From the NCBI GenBank assembly GCA_049510055.1, contig JBEKZI010000004.1, forward strand, positions 1-58,133: 58,133 bases of DNA, read 5' to 3'. The notes under the pieces were generated by a model that saw nothing but the letters and a program-made list of their open reading frames with translations, searched no databases and was not told the DNA's origin. Shown one piece after another: positions 56,702-58,133 of the stretch. The translations under genes and the position numbers were made by a program. The stretch's first letter is position 1. Each line of letters starts with the position of its first letter. Source of the DNA: Phycisphaerae bacterium. GTDB lineage: Bacteria > Planctomycetota > Phycisphaerae > SM23-33.

Positions 56702-57382
56702 TTGAAAATAGCGATCACTAGATATGGACGGCGGGAGATTATCCTGGCCACGATTGCATTCGCGGTAGCGGTGGGGGTGTTGGCATGGGTGTATGCGCCG
56801 GCCATCGTGCTGCCGGTGGCGGCGTGGATTTGGGTGCTGTGGTTTTTCCGCGATCCGGAACGGCACGTGCCAAGCGAGCAGGATATTTTAGTCTCGCCCG
56901 CCGACGGGCGGGTGGCCGACATCACGCCCGTGGGCATGGCGAGCGAGTTGGGCCAGCCGGGCGTGAAGATTGGGATATTCATGAACATTTTCGACGTGCA
57001 CGTCAATCGCAGCCCGGCCAAAGCACGCGTGGAATCCGTGGTGTACCAGCCGGGAAGATTTTTGGACGCCCGCGACCCGGCCGCGGGGGCACAAAACGAG
57101 TCGGCCACGATCCATCTGACGTGTAAGCGGGGGGAGGCGAGTTATCCTCTCATCGTTCGCCAGGTGGGCGGCCTGATTGCCCGCCGGATCGTGACGGACG
57201 TGACCATCGGCCGGGAGCTTCAGGCCGGGCAGCGGATCGGGATGATCAAATTCGGCTCGCGCGTCGAGCTGATCGCCCCGACGGAACTGGCCGAGCAGGT
57301 TCGCATTGTCCAGGGCCAGAAGGTTCGCGCAGGCGAGACGATTCTCCTGGCCGCGTCAGGGAGGACAGATCATGGCCTCTAG
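56702..57382 (+). CDS. psd: Phosphatidylserine decarboxylase proenzyme (short, Asd-like type)
   Basis: FFRDPER, SPADGRV, FMNIFDVHVNRSP and the self-cleavage site KFGSRVE. The start is uncertain: TTG 56702 gives the typical length of about 226 aa, while the tracked ORF begins at TTG 56597. Confidence 0.88.
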   Translation: MKIAITRYGRREIILATIAFAVAVGVLAWVYAPAIVLPVAAWIWVLWFFRDPERHVPSEQDILVSPADGRVADITPVGMASELGQPGVKIGIFMNIFDVHVNRSPAKARVESVVYQPGRFLDARDPAAGAQNESATIHLTCKRGEASYPLIVRQVGGLIARRIVTDVTIGRELQAGQRIGMIKFGSRVELIAPTELAEQVRIVQGQKVRAGETILLAASGRTDHGL

Positions 57383-57899
57383 GACCCCGTTGATGGACCC
57401 GCTGCTGTCCCCGCAGGACCGCCGTCCCCGCCGCGTTCGCAAGCGGCGGATCCTGCTGTCCACGTCGCTGCTGCCGGGACTGCTGACCGTTTCCAATGGC
57501 CTGTCGGGCTTCGCGGCCATTCATTTCGCCACCAAGGACGCCCTGGGCGAAGCCACGCTACACCATCTGATGATCGCGGCGTGGTTCATTTTTTTGGCGA
57601 TGTTCTTCGACATGCTCGACGGCCGCGTGGCCCGGATGACGCGGCGGACGACCGATTTCGGCGGCCAGCTCGACAGCCTCTGCGACGTCGTCAGCTTCGG
57701 CGTCGCCCCGGCCGTCCTGATGCTGCGGACGGTGATCATGGCCCTGCGCGGCCACGAGATGGAACCGTTCGTCGTGCTGTCCAAGACGGTGGGCGTGGAA
57801 CGCGTGGTGTGGTGCATTGCGGGGCTGTACCTGGCGTGCGCGGCGCTGCGGTTCCCAGGCCCAACCAGATCAGCGCCGGGGGCGGACCTAAGCCGCTGA
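57372..57899 (+). CDS. pssA: CDP-alcohol phosphatidyltransferase (phosphatidylserine synthase-like), apparently truncated or replaced C-terminus
   Basis: DGRVARMTRRTTDFGGQLDSLCDVVSFG is the D-G-x2-A-R-x8-G-x3-D-x3-D motif. After CAALR (about 57851) the sequence becomes FPGPTRSAPGADLSR-stop instead of the expected LARFN plus 2-3 further TM helices. Confidence 0.7.
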   Translation: MASRTPLMDPLLSPQDRRPRRVRKRRILLSTSLLPGLLTVSNGLSGFAAIHFATKDALGEATLHHLMIAAWFIFLAMFFDMLDGRVARMTRRTTDFGGQLDSLCDVVSFGVAPAVLMLRTVIMALRGHEMEPFVVLSKTVGVERVVWCIAGLYLACAALRFPGPTRSAPGADLSR

Positions 57900-58133
57900 G
57901 CAGCCATGAAACCGATACCTGCAACAGCGCGATCACCGCAACCGCGACGCAGGAGGCCGTGTCCAGTCGTCCGATCGAGGGCAACAAGCGGCGCAGCGGC
58001 ACGATGATCGGATTGGTCAGGTGAATGATCGAGCGCGCCAGCGGATTGCGGAAGCCGATGGGAACGGGCGCCGCGACGGGAGGCGGCAGGGGCGGCGCGG
58101 CAGGCGGCTCTTCCACGAACAGCGGTTCGTCGC
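57853..58133 (-). pseudogene. yggT: YggT-family membrane protein fragment (5' end off-window or at GTG 58116; 3' part missing)
   Basis: FRNPLARSIIHLTNPIIVPLRRLLPSIGRLDTASCVAVAVIALL...ALIWLGLG aligns with E. coli YggT (FYNPFSQFVVKVTQPIIGPLRRVIPAMGPIDSAS...PIIWIAG). Below about 57853 the frame turns into Pro/Arg/Thr-rich non-membrane sequence. Confidence 0.55.

Overview
This is a 58.1-kb, densely coding bacterial chromosomal segment. It is high-GC (roughly mid-60s % by eye) with short AT-rich intergenic islands. The gene content includes a PEP-CTERM protein, a DUF1570-like HExxH/PDZ peptidase, PEGA, HEAT and discoidin lipoproteins, Lnt, elongasome genes and the polar-flagellum regulators FlhF/FlhG. 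This fits a Planctomycetota-like diderm, but taxonomy is inference only. I saw no rRNA, CRISPR array, transposase, integrase or prophage genes.

Layout:
- 1-1.9 kb: a tetR-MFS efflux unit with a clear promoter and operator.
- 2-7 kb: a large uncharacterised enzyme and a DapA-like/PdxA-family/DUF1537-kinase acid-sugar operon.
- 7.2 kb: tRNA-Leu(UAA), behind an unusual AT-rich inverted-repeat spacer.
- 7.4-12 kb: dienelactone hydrolase, a low-GC PEP-CTERM gene with a consensus promoter, a URO-D-like protein and TrpB2.
- 12.2-26 kb: a tightly overlapped flagellar type III export/ring operon, merR-like, fliF::fliG, fliH, fliI, fliJ, fliN, fliO, fliP, fliQ, fliR, flhB, flhA, flhF, flhG, followed by fliA with its own promoter.
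- 26-35 kb: dapF, cupin, oxidoreductase, peptidase, lipoproteins and lnt.
- 35-46 kb: a split elongasome locus. mreB is separated from mreC-mreD-mrdA-rodA by cinA, a zinc-ribbon membrane protein, a discoidin lipoprotein and a B12-radical SAM gene.
- 46-58 kb: hydrolase, GT2, a DUF2802-like protein, larC, accA, trpBA, DUF2207/lemA, ilvE and psd-pssA.

Main candidates for novelty:
1. A natural in-frame FliF-FliG fusion that lacks both the FliF C-tail and the FliG N-domain.
2. An FlhB that ends before the NPTH autocleavage/substrate-switch domain.
3. A flagellar module with a 77-aa FliN and no fliM.
4. A point near 57,853 where convergent pssA and yggT-like genes both lose their 3' parts. This is either a deletion or an assembly chimera.

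All functional calls come from reading the translated ORFs against remembered family motifs. No database search was run.
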